From: Tubulanus polymorphus
Taxonomy: Eukaryota; Animalia; Nemertea
DNA length: 64,000 nt
Assembly (NCBI RefSeq): GCF_964204645.1
Contig: NC_134033.1
Coordinates: forward strand, 2,376,131-2,440,130
Reading direction: 5' to 3'
Under the pieces are notes generated by a model. The model made no database searches. It saw only the letters and a list, made by a program, of their open reading frames with translations, and was not told the origin of the DNA. This document shows positions 1-12,300 of the stretch, one piece after another. Numbering within the stretch: position 1 is the stretch's first letter; each line of letters opens with the position of its first letter. A program made the position numbers and the translations under genes.

Positions 1-461
1 TTTGACAAAATGGAGGATTTTCTCTCTCATTCAACTGGACTTAAGGAGTCTTTTTGCCAATCCATCTAATTGGTACAGAACTGGAAATATATCGGATATT
101 CAGTTGTTGTCCGCGATTTTTGGCATTCTGTTAAGACATAAATGAGGTATGTACCCCAAAAAGTAAACAAAATATCCCAGAAAAACAGGTCTCATCAATT
201 AATAAATAGACATTAGACCACGTAGATTTATTAGACTGAAAGGAGCCAGAGGAGGGGACAGCACCCCCCCCCCCCCCAAGTAAACAGCCCCAACTAAATT
301 ATCGCTTCTGTCAAGGTTTGAACTTCGTTTCTTCGACATTTAAAACTCGAATCTAATAAAAAATGACAATCTATTGAAATAACCCGCTGGAGTTGAGTGG
401 AACCCGAGTAATCGGTATTTATTCATCCAGTGTTTACCATTTTTCAGCATCGACATCAAAA

Positions 462-500
462 CCGGAAGTCCTACGCTTTACCAGGCTGCCGCGCATGCGC
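462..500. promoter_or_regulatory. Candidate housekeeping-type promoter motifs (ETS CCGGAAGT, NRF1 GCGCATGCGC)
   Basis: Exact consensus matches at 462-469 and 491-500; target gene unclear. Confidence 0.35.
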
Positions 501-1096
501 GTAGATGATAAGCTGAGCGAGAACGGGGTGGCTCCGATTTTATGGAGTGCTCCTACAGTGTGCCCCGAAAATCTTAATTCGCCTAATCGGGCGGGAGATG
601 ATTTCATTGTAACATCGAATACTAACCAAAAACGAGTATCGTAAGTTACCCTCACTAATACAAGAAAACAACCATTTTTCTCTGCGGCAACGGTCGGCTT
701 TTATTTTCACCGATCGTGGTACACGTTTACTATTTCCAACAAGTTTAGTCTTTTATCATACGTAATTTGAAGGTTTGCAAATTCTATTTCGAGTTAATGA
801 AACATGCAAACTACACGAAAATCTATTTAAGGTTACGTCGACACAATGCCTGGCGCTGTTTTCAGACACTGCACCAAAGAAATGATGAAATGCGAAAATA
901 GTTTGTCGTATCGTGGACGCCTAGTTTATGAGTCTTTTGTTAGATAAATTACAGCGTGTGGCAATTCTATGGCGAAGAATCAACCGGCGTGATGAAACGG
1001 CGAAGAATCTACGTCCAATTTACGCTTCACTTAGGGACGATTCGACCGGAGGCAAATAATAGAACCAAGTCTAGCAGAGCTTTCATACCGCTAGTG

Positions 1097-2131
1097 ATGT
1101 TCGATAACATCTCTCGTTCTGTTACGACTGGGAGCGGCCCAACGTTGAAGCTAAACTTGTGTCAGAAAGGCCTAACTTACCCGGTTAAAACCAGATATGA
1201 ATTCAATATTATAATGTATTTGGGATGTTATCTACCGGCGTCTCTACTGGGTTTAATATTCAATGCATTCACGTTGTTAGTTCTAAAACAATTTAAATCT
1301 GATGTTTATTTTCTCATCAAAATTCTCGCTTTAAACGATCTGTTGTTTATGATCGCTACATTCATTCTTTATCCGCTGAGAACTGCGTACATCTACGCCG
1401 TTTTGGGTGATTTGTTATTTCGCGTAGATGACTGGAGTTTCGGGTTGATCTTTATTTCAATTTCTTTGCCGTTTTTCTATGTATTTCAGATGACACGTAA
1501 CTGGTGCACTGTACTGCTCAGTCTAGAGCGGTTAATCGTCGTATTGTTTCCAATAAAATCTCGCAAAATCCCCAAACGGTTGATCTCCAAATATGCGATG
1601 ATGTTTATTTCATTGGTTGCATTTTCTGGACATTTATGTCAGTTTATACCCAGACGACATATCGGATTCATAAACTGTCCAGACCATTGGCCATACATTA
1701 TGCATCGTACCACCATGATCTGGAAGTCTGCTGCTTTTAATTTCTGGCTTTTCAGGATTTCTGAGTGGATTATCTTTATGTACCTTACTGCCGCGTTTCC
1801 GCTGTGCTTTTTAGCATTTATCAATTTAATTCTTATTTCGGTGATATTCTACCGTCGGGTTACTCGACGTTCGAAGCTCGGTGTTACTGACGAATCGTCT
1901 AGAAGGGAAATGAGGGTTTTAAGGATGGTTTTATCGGTAGTTTTATTGTTTATTATTTGTGAAGGTTTCGGTTTTCTCGATCGGTTAGACGCCATGTTTC
2001 GTATTCTACTTGAATTGGATGTTGGTTTTAGACAAATCGCTTTGGCATTTTCTATCATTGATTCGTCAGTGAATTTCATTATATATTGCGTAACAAATGA
2101 CAATTCAGAAAGTCGTCCGTTGATATTCTAA
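1097..2131 (+). CDS. Intronless class A (rhodopsin-like) peptide GPCR, FMRFamide/sex-peptide-receptor-like expansion family; probable 1-nt frameshift near the C-terminus
   Basis: ORF 956-2131, first plausible ATG at 1097 (MFDNISRS, N-glycosylation sequon). Seven hydrophobic segments; TM1 GLIFN, TM2 LALNDLL, TM3 end SLERLIVVLFP, TM6 FIICE, TM7 DSSVNFIIY. A helix-8-like FRK continuation lies in a shifted frame (2104-2151). Confidence 0.85.
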   Translation: MFDNISRSVTTGSGPTLKLNLCQKGLTYPVKTRYEFNIIMYLGCYLPASLLGLIFNAFTLLVLKQFKSDVYFLIKILALNDLLFMIATFILYPLRTAYIYAVLGDLLFRVDDWSFGLIFISISLPFFYVFQMTRNWCTVLLSLERLIVVLFPIKSRKIPKRLISKYAMMFISLVAFSGHLCQFIPRRHIGFINCPDHWPYIMHRTTMIWKSAAFNFWLFRISEWIIFMYLTAAFPLCFLAFINLILISVIFYRRVTRRSKLGVTDESSRREMRVLRMVLSVVLLFIICEGFGFLDRLDAMFRILLELDVGFRQIALAFSIIDSSVNFIIYCVTNDNSESRPLIF

Positions 2132-3229
2132 GGAAAGCCTGTTCTAAATGAGGTGATTCTGATGAACTGTTGGTATGTATATATGTTTGGGATGAACACA
2201 GAATTCATTGATTTATCAAATTAGCACACGCGCGGTCTTTAGAAATATCAATTACAATCTGAACTTCACTGCTGATGCGTTTCAAATGTTGAATTCGACT
2301 CACTGAGTTAACGGCAGTTTTAATTTGTGATCTATTCAATATCTCGAGTCCGATTCAGTCAGTTGACGCCGGTTATAGGTCACCTGATTTCAAAATCACC
2401 GCGGCCGCAAGTCCAATTAATAGTCACCAAGGCCGAGCATGGCCACCATTCACCCAGTCCCCGGATAATGGTCGGTTCGTGGCGTAGACCGGGCTACGTT
2501 CAGAGGTCGCGTTATAGCCCACTTTGGTATAAAGACGCCCCTTGAATGATACATCGCATGATACATGAGATGTCGAAGTCGATTTTAATGTAAATATTTG
2601 TAATTTTTGATAATACGATTTTGTGAAATACAGAACGATTTTCATTTCCATCGTGCAATCCTGTAGTAGTGGGCCCGGTACCAGTTTGACAGTGTCAGTT
2701 GACGCCGGACAATTCAATTCAAAATTTATTGCATCCGTATAACGACAAAATTACATAGGACATACACGGCAATAAAATATTAATACAAAGAGACACTGAC
2801 AAATGATAACATAACATAAAAGGAGAGAGAAAAATTTGAGCTATTTACAAAGAACACCGCTCCCCGCCGGTCACTTTTTAAACTTGGACAATCTACAATA
2901 CCGAATCTAATGTCTATTTCAACTTCACCAAGAACCTTAGTGTCTGATGTACACAGGATCGTAGAGCAACGTAGATACACTGTGGAGACAGCCGCACTGC
3001 CAGGACTGGGTGACCCGAGAGCATTCCGGGCGGCCCAGCCCGCCCACCCCCGGCAGCACACACCCGATAAAGTGCTTTGTTTAAAAAAATTGTAAATTTT
3101 ATTCTTTGCTTTCTCTCAACCTGTGTACATAGCCTGTCATGCTTTCTGTGAAATAAATTTGAACTTGAACTTGAACTTGAAAGGTCCCAATCAGAGGATT
3201 GCGCAATCGTCGGAATAGTTTATATCCTG

Positions 3230-3314
3230 GGCTGGGTTTCATAGATGTGGAAGCAGATTGAGGATTTAGGCCCCTAGGGATCAAACTTTGATACTCAGTC
3301 TATGAAACTGGGCC
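3230..3314. mobile_element. Harbinger/PIF-like MITE (CTG TSD), 'GTTTCATAGAC' subfamily
   Basis: CTG-GG...GTTTCATAGA ... TCTATGAAACTGGGCC-CTG; tandem half-copies at ~19990-20165. Confidence 0.55.
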
Positions 3315-3384
3315 CTGGTTATTTTCGGAGCCACCCTTCAATGCGTGTAAGCCCGACACTTAAGTGCGTGCCGGAACTAAACGC

Positions 3385-3400
3385 GTTGTCAGGGTAAACA
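3385..3400 (+). promoter_or_regulatory. Candidate X-box (RFX)/forkhead composite site upstream of the dynein gene
   Basis: GTTGTCAGGGTAAACA resembles GTNRCC-N(0-3)-RGYAAC and contains GTAAACA; it precedes a candidate non-coding exon ending at GAA|GTGAGT (3546) that could splice to TTCTCAG (4480). Confidence 0.4.
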
Positions 3401-3817
3401 TTTTTTCGACGGTTCCGCTACTTGCTCGACATTCCGAGCTGAATTCCGCTAGAAATTGTCTTTTTACGCGAAGCCAGAAGAATGAACGAATGTTAGAGAG
3501 AGTTCAGAGGCGAGACATAGAAACGAGGATTATCAGTTGTAGAGAAGTGAGTTGAAAAACTGTCGACGTTTTTTTTCTAAATAGAAAAACGCAAATTTTT
3601 AGACTTTCTGACTCGAACAATTCAATACCAATTCGGCATAATTTGTTGACCATTTAAAACTACACGGCAACAGACTGTAACTGATGTAAAATTGCTGATG
3701 CGATTGTGCATCGATATCTGATGTCTGATGATGATGTCTGATGATGAAATTAGCCACCCCCTTTGCCTATATCTGTTGTCTCTGGCCTACCTAACTGTCA
3801 GTGTCAGTAGTGTCTGT

Positions 3818-4305
3818 CTGTCACACCTGCTCTCCGCGTGACGTTTTGGTCCATAATTTCATTAATAATCGTTTTATCTACCTTTATTACGCATCAATTT
3901 GTTCAGTGAGGAATTTGAATTCAGAAATAAACAACAATTTTTAAAGTTGTTTTTGTTTTCATTTATGAGCAATATTTTAATAGTTAGCTCGCGAAATGCT
4001 GTAAAATCCGAGTGCGGACGCTCGGAAACGTAAAACAGTGACGTCATCACCTGCTCAGCGTATCAAAATGCGGTAGGTGGCGCCACGTGATGGGCCATGA
4101 AAGCCGTTTTTTAGCATTATGGGAGCGTATGCTAGGTAAACTATCGCTGATAGAAGAAAACACAAACAAATTTCTGCCAGTTCATGATTTATTTCTGAAT
4201 GCAAATTCCTTACTGAACAAATTGATGCATAATATTAAGAGATAAACCGATTTTTAATGAAATTACGGACCAAAACGTCGCACGGAGAGCGAGCAGGTGT
4301 GACAG
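3818..4305. mobile_element. Fold-back element with ~110-bp terminal inverted repeats in the presumed 5'-UTR intron of the dynein gene
   Basis: CTGTCACACCTGCTC...GACGTTTTGGTCC...GCATCAATTTGTTCAGT mirrored by ACTGAACAAATTGATGC...GGACCAAAACGTC...GAGCAGGTGTGACAG. Confidence 0.75.
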
Positions 4306-4484
4306 CAGGTGTACCACCGGTACCAGAAGATAACACCGAAAAAATTATGCTTCTGTAATTTTTTGGGAGAGCGATAGATTTGGGGGTGGATTGCTATTTC
4401 AGCAGATGAGATGAGACTTAAGAACATCGTTTGAAAGACTAGATTTAATTAGGACTTTCGTTATTTTTTAAATTTCTCAGTAAA

Positions 4485-6245
4485 ATGTCCGACGACCGGC
4501 CGACGTCGCAGGCCTCTCAAGGCTCGAAAGCGTCGAAGGGATCGAAGGCCTCTCGCGGCTCGAAGAAAGCGAAGGCGGCTGCGGCAGCTGCCGCCGCGGA
4601 GAAAGCCTTTACGGCCGACGTTAACGAAACAGCTGCTGCCGATGCTGAAAATGCGGAACGAGGTAAAAACTGGATCTCTACGACTCCTCGATTCCTCAAA
4701 AATTCCTCTTTTTAAATCGTTTTAAAACTCCTTTAATTTGATCAAAATGCCCGAATGAAACTCCTTCAATTTTGAGAAATAGGCAATTTAAGAAATTTTT
4801 GTCTAGTTTGTAGTTGTACAGTAAAAACTACAGCTGAATTTTTTTTACTCAATTGTTAAAAGATTAGAAACTGAGTTTAGTGTAAAGGATAAACAGCTTA
4901 CAAAACCACTGAATTACCGGTTTACGGTACTGATTTAGGAGGAGTCTATAGTAATTGGGATATGAAAGTGATGCAGACGCTTCCTCAAAATTTGTAGCTT
5001 TCTCCTTAAAAAATCCTTATATCCAGGAATGATGGCTCCGTAGGGACCCTGAAAAATTAATTTCTAAATTAAGAAAAAAAACTTTTTAGTCCCTAAAAAT
5101 CACGAGGCCCGATGTACAATTTGAATATATTTGAAATTCGCGGCTTCGAAAATAATTCGCGAAATTTGAAATTCGTTTAGAAATATTTTCGACCATGCGT
5201 CTTTTTTTTCTTCAGAAATGTCTCCGGAAGGGGAGATAGCTTTAGCCAATGATGATTTAGTCGAAGCGGAGGAAGGCTCACAGGTCGCCGGATCTTTGCC
5301 TCCCGAGGATCAGGGCCCTACTGTGGTGAGTATCGTTACTCTTATTTTGAACCTAAAAATTTGATTAAAAGTTTCAGGCTCTGAGTCAACTCACTAATTA
5401 CTGGTCTGAAATCGTAAGACTAGTCGTAGGTGGTCTGATTAATTAGAGGATGGAGAGATGGTTGTAGATGATCAAGTCTCGACTGCACTTCCAGCCAACT
5501 TCCTTGTTTGGTTGTCAATCATTCAGTTAGGGGGAGTGGCTTCTATCTATAGAACCTTCGACAAAACACCCGGTCCGTGTTTTAACGCTATGAAGAATAT
5601 CCCTGCACACTAAGAATAAGAAAGAGCGCGATATGATTCCTTGATCTAAAAATTTATTCAACGTTTCAACTTAATCCTTTCGGTGCGTCTACACCGCAAT
5701 GCGGTGTATAAATCAGTGATGGAATCACCGATTCATACACCGCACTGAAAGGGTTAAGTGTGTTCTGAATTTCTTTTATATATTTTTTCATCGATATTTA
5801 TTTTCACAGCGACAGTTGATCAAAGAGCGCGTGACCGTCACCGGACTAAAAGAGGAAATGTGGTCCGATCAACACTACGCGATCGTCGACGCGTTCGTCG
5901 TCGACAACTCGCGTCGATTGTTGATCGCTTACATCGACGCGATCAACGGACTGGTGATCGCGTCGGAGATACCGGCGAGCGGCGTCGACGAGTTGACGTA
6001 TTTCATCAAGTCGGATAAACCGGACGCGTTGACGGCAGACGCGTTCCTCGTCGACGTACAATACGGCACGGTGAAATCGGCGCACATCGAGAGTCTGCTG
6101 CGACTGATGAACGGAATTTACGCTCCGATATTTTTGGAGAACGCGTCGTGGCCCGATAGTATCCTTTTGTTAGAAAAAAAAATTCACTCCAGGATCGGTG
6201 TACTTTAGAGGTTTTAATCACTACTGGAGGTCCATACATAACAGG

Positions 6246-6311
<66 letters not shown>

Positions 6312-9300
6312 TAATCAAAATAATAATAATAATAATAATAATATAATAATAATGTTAATAATTATAATGATAATTATAATCATAATAATTAATAATAATA
6401 ATTATTATTATTATTTTAGATATAGATATAGGTCAGAATTCAAGAAAATAAATTATAATAATAATTATTATTATTTATTTTCTTGAAATCTGACCTATAT
6501 CTATTTCAACTTCGACTTGAGAGCATTATCAGGATCCAGTTCCACAGTTGTCAGTTAAGATTTGACTAATAAATTGATTCATCGAAAATGAACTAATCTT
6601 AACTCGCACAACTGTGGAACTGGATCCAGGTGGCCAAGCTCAGTCGTTTTTGGTTGAACATACCTGATAAAAGTCTTTTTAGGACCAGAAAGGACTGGCA
6701 GTTGAAATAAAATGTCGTTTTTTTATCCATTCTTCACTGTTCACTCAAGTCAAGTTGAAATAGATATGAGAAATCGGGGACTTTGAATTTTTGGTGTCTT
6801 GTTGTTCTTGCTGGTGATGAGTGACACGAGGAACCTCTTGATAAGTAACAGCCCTCACTGAGGATATCTTGTAATTTAATCAGGGAATTTGAATTTTTGA
6901 CGTCTTGTTGTTCTTGCTGATGACGAGTGACACGAGGAACCTCTTGACAACAAACAGCCCTCACTGAGGATATCTTATAATTTAATCAGGGAATTTGAAA
7001 TTTTGGTGTCTTGTTGTTCTTGCTGGTGACGAGTGACACGAGGAACCTCTTTATAAGAAACAGCCCTCAATGAGGATATCTTATAATTTAATCAGGGAAT
7101 TTGAATTTTTGACGTCTTGTTGTTCTTGCTCGTGACGAGTGACACAAGGAACCTCTTGATAAGTAACAGCCCTCACTGAGGATATCTTATAATTTAATCA
7201 GGGAATTTGAATTTTTGGCGTCTTGTTGTTCTTGCTCGTGACGAGTGACACAAGGAACCTCTTGATAAGTAACAGCCCTCACTGAGGATATCTTATAATT
7301 TAATCAGGGAATTTGGATTTTTGGCGTCTTGTTGTTCTTGCTGGTGACGAGTGACACGAGGAACCTCTTGATAAGAAACAGCCCTCACTGAGGGTATTTA
7401 TGTCATCAAATCGTTTCTATCCTTAACCCGTATTTCACAGGCATCAAAAACGATTTTTCGGCGCAATTGCACAAATTCATGGCCAGTTTGACGGACACTC
7501 GTTGGAAAATGGAAGGAAAAACGGTTCTGTACGTACCGAACGAAGGCATGAACATCGAATCGGAATTCGCTGCCAAAAATAAAGAACTCGTCCAGCGATT
7601 AGAAAGTGAGTTCGTTTGAGATAATGCTGGTTAATTGAGGACCCAGTTCTACAGTTCTGCTGGGCCCAGTTTCACGAAAAGGATTAAGGCCTAAATCGAT
7701 TTAAGATAAACTGAATTAATGAAGAAATTAAATCGATTTAAGAGTTAAACCTTTTTGTGAAACTGGGCCCTGGGTTAAAATTTGACTCGAGAGTTTAAAC
7801 ATTGTAAAATCACCTGATTTCAACTCAGAGTTTACTCTTAACTCACAACCTGTGATACTGGATCCTGAGTTTGCAGTTGACTCTAACTTACAACTGTGGA
7901 ACTGGAGCCCGAGTTCGAAGTTAACTCTTAACACACAACTGTGGAACTGGATCCAGATTTCACAGAATCTAACTCGCAACTGTGGAACTGGTGCCCTAGT
8001 TCAGAGTTAATTCTAAAACAGGACTGTGATACTGGATCCTGAGTTCACAGTTAACTCTAACTCACAACTGTGAAACTGGAGCCAGGCCTTCACACGAGAA
8101 TTCCATAAGACCCTCAAAATTGTGAATGCCTAAATTAGCTTCAACATTTTTCTAATCTCAAACGTGTCTATAACAAACTAGATCGCATTTAAGAATATTT
8201 TCAAAAATCTTTTTTCTAGCCGCTATGATTCATTGGACGCGACAGATTAAAGAAGTTCTGAGTTCGCAGGACGCGTTCGAGAGCTCGGAGAACTCCGGAC
8301 CGCTGGAGGAGATCGAGTTCTGGAAGAACCGATGCGCCGATCTGTCGGGAATCAGTCAACAACTCGACAAACCGGGCGTGAAAAAAATCACCGAGATTTT
8401 ACAGATGGCGAAGTCTTCGTACGTCGGACCGTTTCTGAAATTATCCGGACAAATCAAGGTACGAAAATTATTGAGTTTTAAAAATCTTAATCCCTACAGT
8501 GCATCTACACTGCAGTGCGGTGTATGAATTGGTGAAAGACTTCGCTATACATCGCATCACGGTGTATTGATATTATCAGTAAATAGTTAAATCATTTATA
8601 GACTTTGCTAGTTCACTGTATGATGGCGTATTGATATTATCAGTAATTAGTTTTTATCTCCTGGTGAATTTTTAGTAAGTAATGATACTCTGCACCACGG
8701 TGTAAACGCAATATAGCGTTACACCCATTATTCGAAACTCTCTTTAAAGATTATCAGATTTTCTCCAGCTCTTATGGGTATTAATAAATTTGTCACTGAA
8801 AGGGTTAACCCTTTCAGCGTTCTCATATAAATGCCCTAAAGCGCTGGAGATGATTTGAAAATTTCTAAAGATTACACCAGATTAAAGGTTGAATAACAGG
8901 CAGACAACTATAATGCATCTACACAGTGCGGTGTATCGTTAGTTACTAATATTTCACAATGTTTGACAGATGCTGCCATCTCTTAATGTAGATAAAGAAT
9001 AATTACTAGCAATTTTAATACACCGCGACGCTGTGTACTAACAAAGTCTCTCTCAACGAGGGTTAATGAGATAATGAATAGAATAGTAACCCTTTTTTTT
9101 TCGTTGATTCTACACCACAGTGCAGTGTATTGTTAGTAACTAATATTACTTAGTTACTAAGTTTAATTCTTTTTTCATTGATTTAACAGGAAGGCTCGTA
9201 CCAAGCTCAGAGCAATTTGAAATTCTTGCAAGTTCTCAAAGACCCGTGCGCCGAGCTGTCCGACGCGAAACCGTCCGAGATACCGGGCATGCTGCCGAAA

Positions 9301-12300
9301 ATACTCAACCTGATTCGCATGATCTGGGTCAACTCGGAATTCTACAAAAGCCGCGAACGCCTGACCGGAATCCTGCGCAAACTGAGCAACGAAATCATCC
9401 GTCGTTGTTGTAAGGAAATTTCGCTGGATCGTATTTTCGACGGTTTCGTGCAGTCGTCGATGAAAAGTTTGAACGATTGCATCAATTGTTGCGAAGGCTG
9501 GAAGGAGATATACATGCGGATGGCGAAGCTGCATCATCGGTTCTCGCCGCACGGCTGGGTGCTCGATCAGAGCAGTATATTCGCACAGGTCGACGCGTTC
9601 GTTCAGAGATGCAGGGATTTATTAGAGGTAAATACTACATCATCCATCAGACTAGCTAGCTGTTAGATTGGTTATAGAACCAGATTGAGCTATGACTTGT
9701 CTTAAGTTGTTTGATTGACTACAGAACCAAAATGAGCTTAGGCTGGTCTCAAGCTGTTAGATTGGTTATAGAACTAAAATGAGCTTAGACTTGTCTTAAG
9801 TTGTTTGATTGGTTATGGAACCAAAATGAGCTTAGACTGGTTTTAAGTTGTTAGATTGGTTATAGAACCAAAATGAGCTTAGACTGGTTTTAAGTTGTTA
9901 GATTGGTTATAGAACCAAAATGAGCTTAGACTGGTTTTAAGTTGTTAGATTGGTTATAGAACTAAAATGTGTTTAGACTGGTTTTAAGTTGTTAGATTGG
10001 CTATAGATCCAAAATGAGCTAAGACTGGTCTTAAGTTGTTAGATTGGCTATAGATCCAAAATGAGCTAAGACTGGTCTTAAGTTATTAGATTGGGTACAG
10101 GACCAGAATGAGTTTAGACTGTTAAGTTATTAGTGGTTGAAATGAGTCTTAAGTTGTTAGTGGTTATGGAACCAGAATGTGCTTAGACCGGTCTTAACTC
10201 GTTAGATTGGCTATGGTAGAACTAAAGTAAGTTTAGACCGGAGCTCTAGATATGGAGCCTAATTTTCAACTACGTATCTGTTATGAAACCACATATAACC
10301 GATTCATAAGGGTAAACATATATTTTCTATCGACAGGTTTGCGAGTGTCAGATTCACTTCGCTCGTCGCGAGGACGGCAATAAAACCGAGATGCCGCGGT
10401 TCAGCGGCCAGCGCGGCCCGGAAATCGCGCGCAACCTGCTCGAGATCGAATCGACGTTCGAACACAACTTGAACATCCTGCGCGACGTGAAGAAAACGAT
10501 CCTCGACGTGAAAGCGACGACGTGGCACGACGACTACAACCGTTTCAGAGCCGGCATGAAAGATCTGGAGGTGATGATGCAGAACACGATACAATCGGCG
10601 TTCGACACGGTGAACACAGTCGAACAGGGCGTCGAGTTACTGGATGTATTCATGCATCTCTCCTCTAGAGAGGTCAGTATCTCTTATCATGATGTCATAG
10701 GGGGATCTATGGAATCTTTTTTGGTTAAAAGGATTGATATAAGAACATTAGGATATATTTCGTGATGTCATAGGGAGATCTATGGAATCTTTTTTGATAG
10801 GGTTAGAAGGGTTGATATAAGAACATTAGCATATTTCATGATGTTATAGGGGGATCTATATGGCTGCCATCGTTTTTGGAAGGGTTGATAGATGAGAACG
10901 AGAATGTGGAAATTTGATGATGTCATTGGGGGATTTATCGAGGTAGACATCTTGTCTAGATTAAATTACTAGTACTAATTGACAATTTGACGATGTCATA
11001 GGTGTATTTATGGAGGCAGCTTTGATGGAAAGGATCTTTTAGTAAAATGACTTTAGAAGCTATTTCATGATATCATAGGGGGGATAACCAGTAGACAATT
11101 TGCTGATGTCATAGGAGGATTTATGAAGGCATTATGAAATCAAGAAATAGATGATCATTAACTGCGCTATTTTGTGATATCAGGGGCGAATAGCATAAGT
11201 CAAAATCCTAGCAGTTTGCCGATGTCAGATTTATGAAGGCGGGCATCTTTCTGGAAGGGTCTTATTGATTAAATCACAAGTAGGCAATTTGATGATGTCA
11301 TAGGGGGATTTATGAAGGCAGTAATCTTTTCTGGAAGGGTGTAACAGGTCGAATTACTTTAAGGCATTTTGCTGGATGTCATAGGGGGATTTATGGAGGC
11401 ATATTTTAGATCTTGTAACAAATGATCGCGTTTCAAATGTGATAACGATGTGATTTTAATTTTGAAGGCGATTCGTCGATCGATCGACAAGAAAACTGTT
11501 GAAGTTTACGCGCAGTTCAACGACGAACTGAACGCCGTGAAGAAAGAGCTCACTCAGAAATCGGTTCCGTTACCGTTTTATCACCCGAAATTCTCCGGTT
11601 CGGCGCATTGGGCGCGCACGTTGAAAAAACGCATCGAACGCGTGATGATGGTGCTCGATCGCGCGCACTTCCTGCCGCAGATCGGCACCGGCGAGGAAAC
11701 GCGCACGCAATACCAGCAGCTGTGCCAGGCGCTCGACGAGTACATACGCAAAACGTTCCACGAATGGACGCAGACGGTCGACCGCGAACCGATGAAACTA
11801 CTCGAGGTGCCGTTGATGTGCAAGAGCGTCGAGAAGACGGCGATGATCGACGTGAATTTCAGCCGCGCATTGTTGAAACTGTTCCGCGAGATCCGCTACT
11901 GGGAACGCCTCGTGTTCGAGATTCCGCACTTCGCTGTCGACGTCTACACGAAATGCGACGAGCTGCGCGTGCAACGCGAGAACGTGCTGCTCGTCGTGCG
12001 CGACTACAATCGCATCATCGCCGCGTTGTCGCAAGAGGAACGCGGCCTGTTCCGCGAGCGCATACGCTTCCTCGATAAGAAGATCCACCCGGGCCTGACG
12101 AAGTTGACGTGGGCGTCGAAGGGCATATCGGAGTATTTCATCAACGAGTGTCGCATGCACGCCAGTAAGGTGCAGTCGATCGTCGACGACTACAAGAAGG
12201 CGAACGCCGACGTTTCGAATTATTGCAAGAAGATCTCCGAATTGTTGCTCGTGAAAATCGACTCGAAACGCGTTTATGAGAATATGGAGTTCGACGACGA

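Larger units (their letters stand above)
6159..7440 (+). other. U12-type (minor spliceosome) GT-AG intron of the dynein gene
   Basis: 5' splice site GTATCCTTTT (6159-6168) and branch site TCCTTAAC (7420-7427) 13 nt before CAG; splicing restores WPDSIKNDF. Confidence 0.9.

Noticed and set aside
430-445. ATG-only first exon of a minus-strand gene (AAAATG|GTAAAC) next to ETS/NRF1 motifs
   Set aside because: No compatible downstream coding exon found in 1-430; cannot be supported within the window.
956-1096. N-terminal extension of the GPCR ORF
   Set aside because: The track starts at GTG; ATG 992 is possible, but the segment lacks receptor-like features. ATG 1097 or an upstream spliced exon is more plausible.
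6772-7393. Hammerhead/retrozyme in the 106-bp satellite (CTGATGA, CTGAGGA and GAAAC words present)
   Set aside because: Could not build stems I/II with CUGANGA and GAAA in the correct order and spacing; CTGATGA occurs in one unit only.
10686-11405. CRISPR-like look: conserved core separated by variable sequence
   Set aside because: Eukaryotic intron; the 'spacers' are mutually homologous, cores are degenerate and there are no cas genes. It is a decayed satellite.
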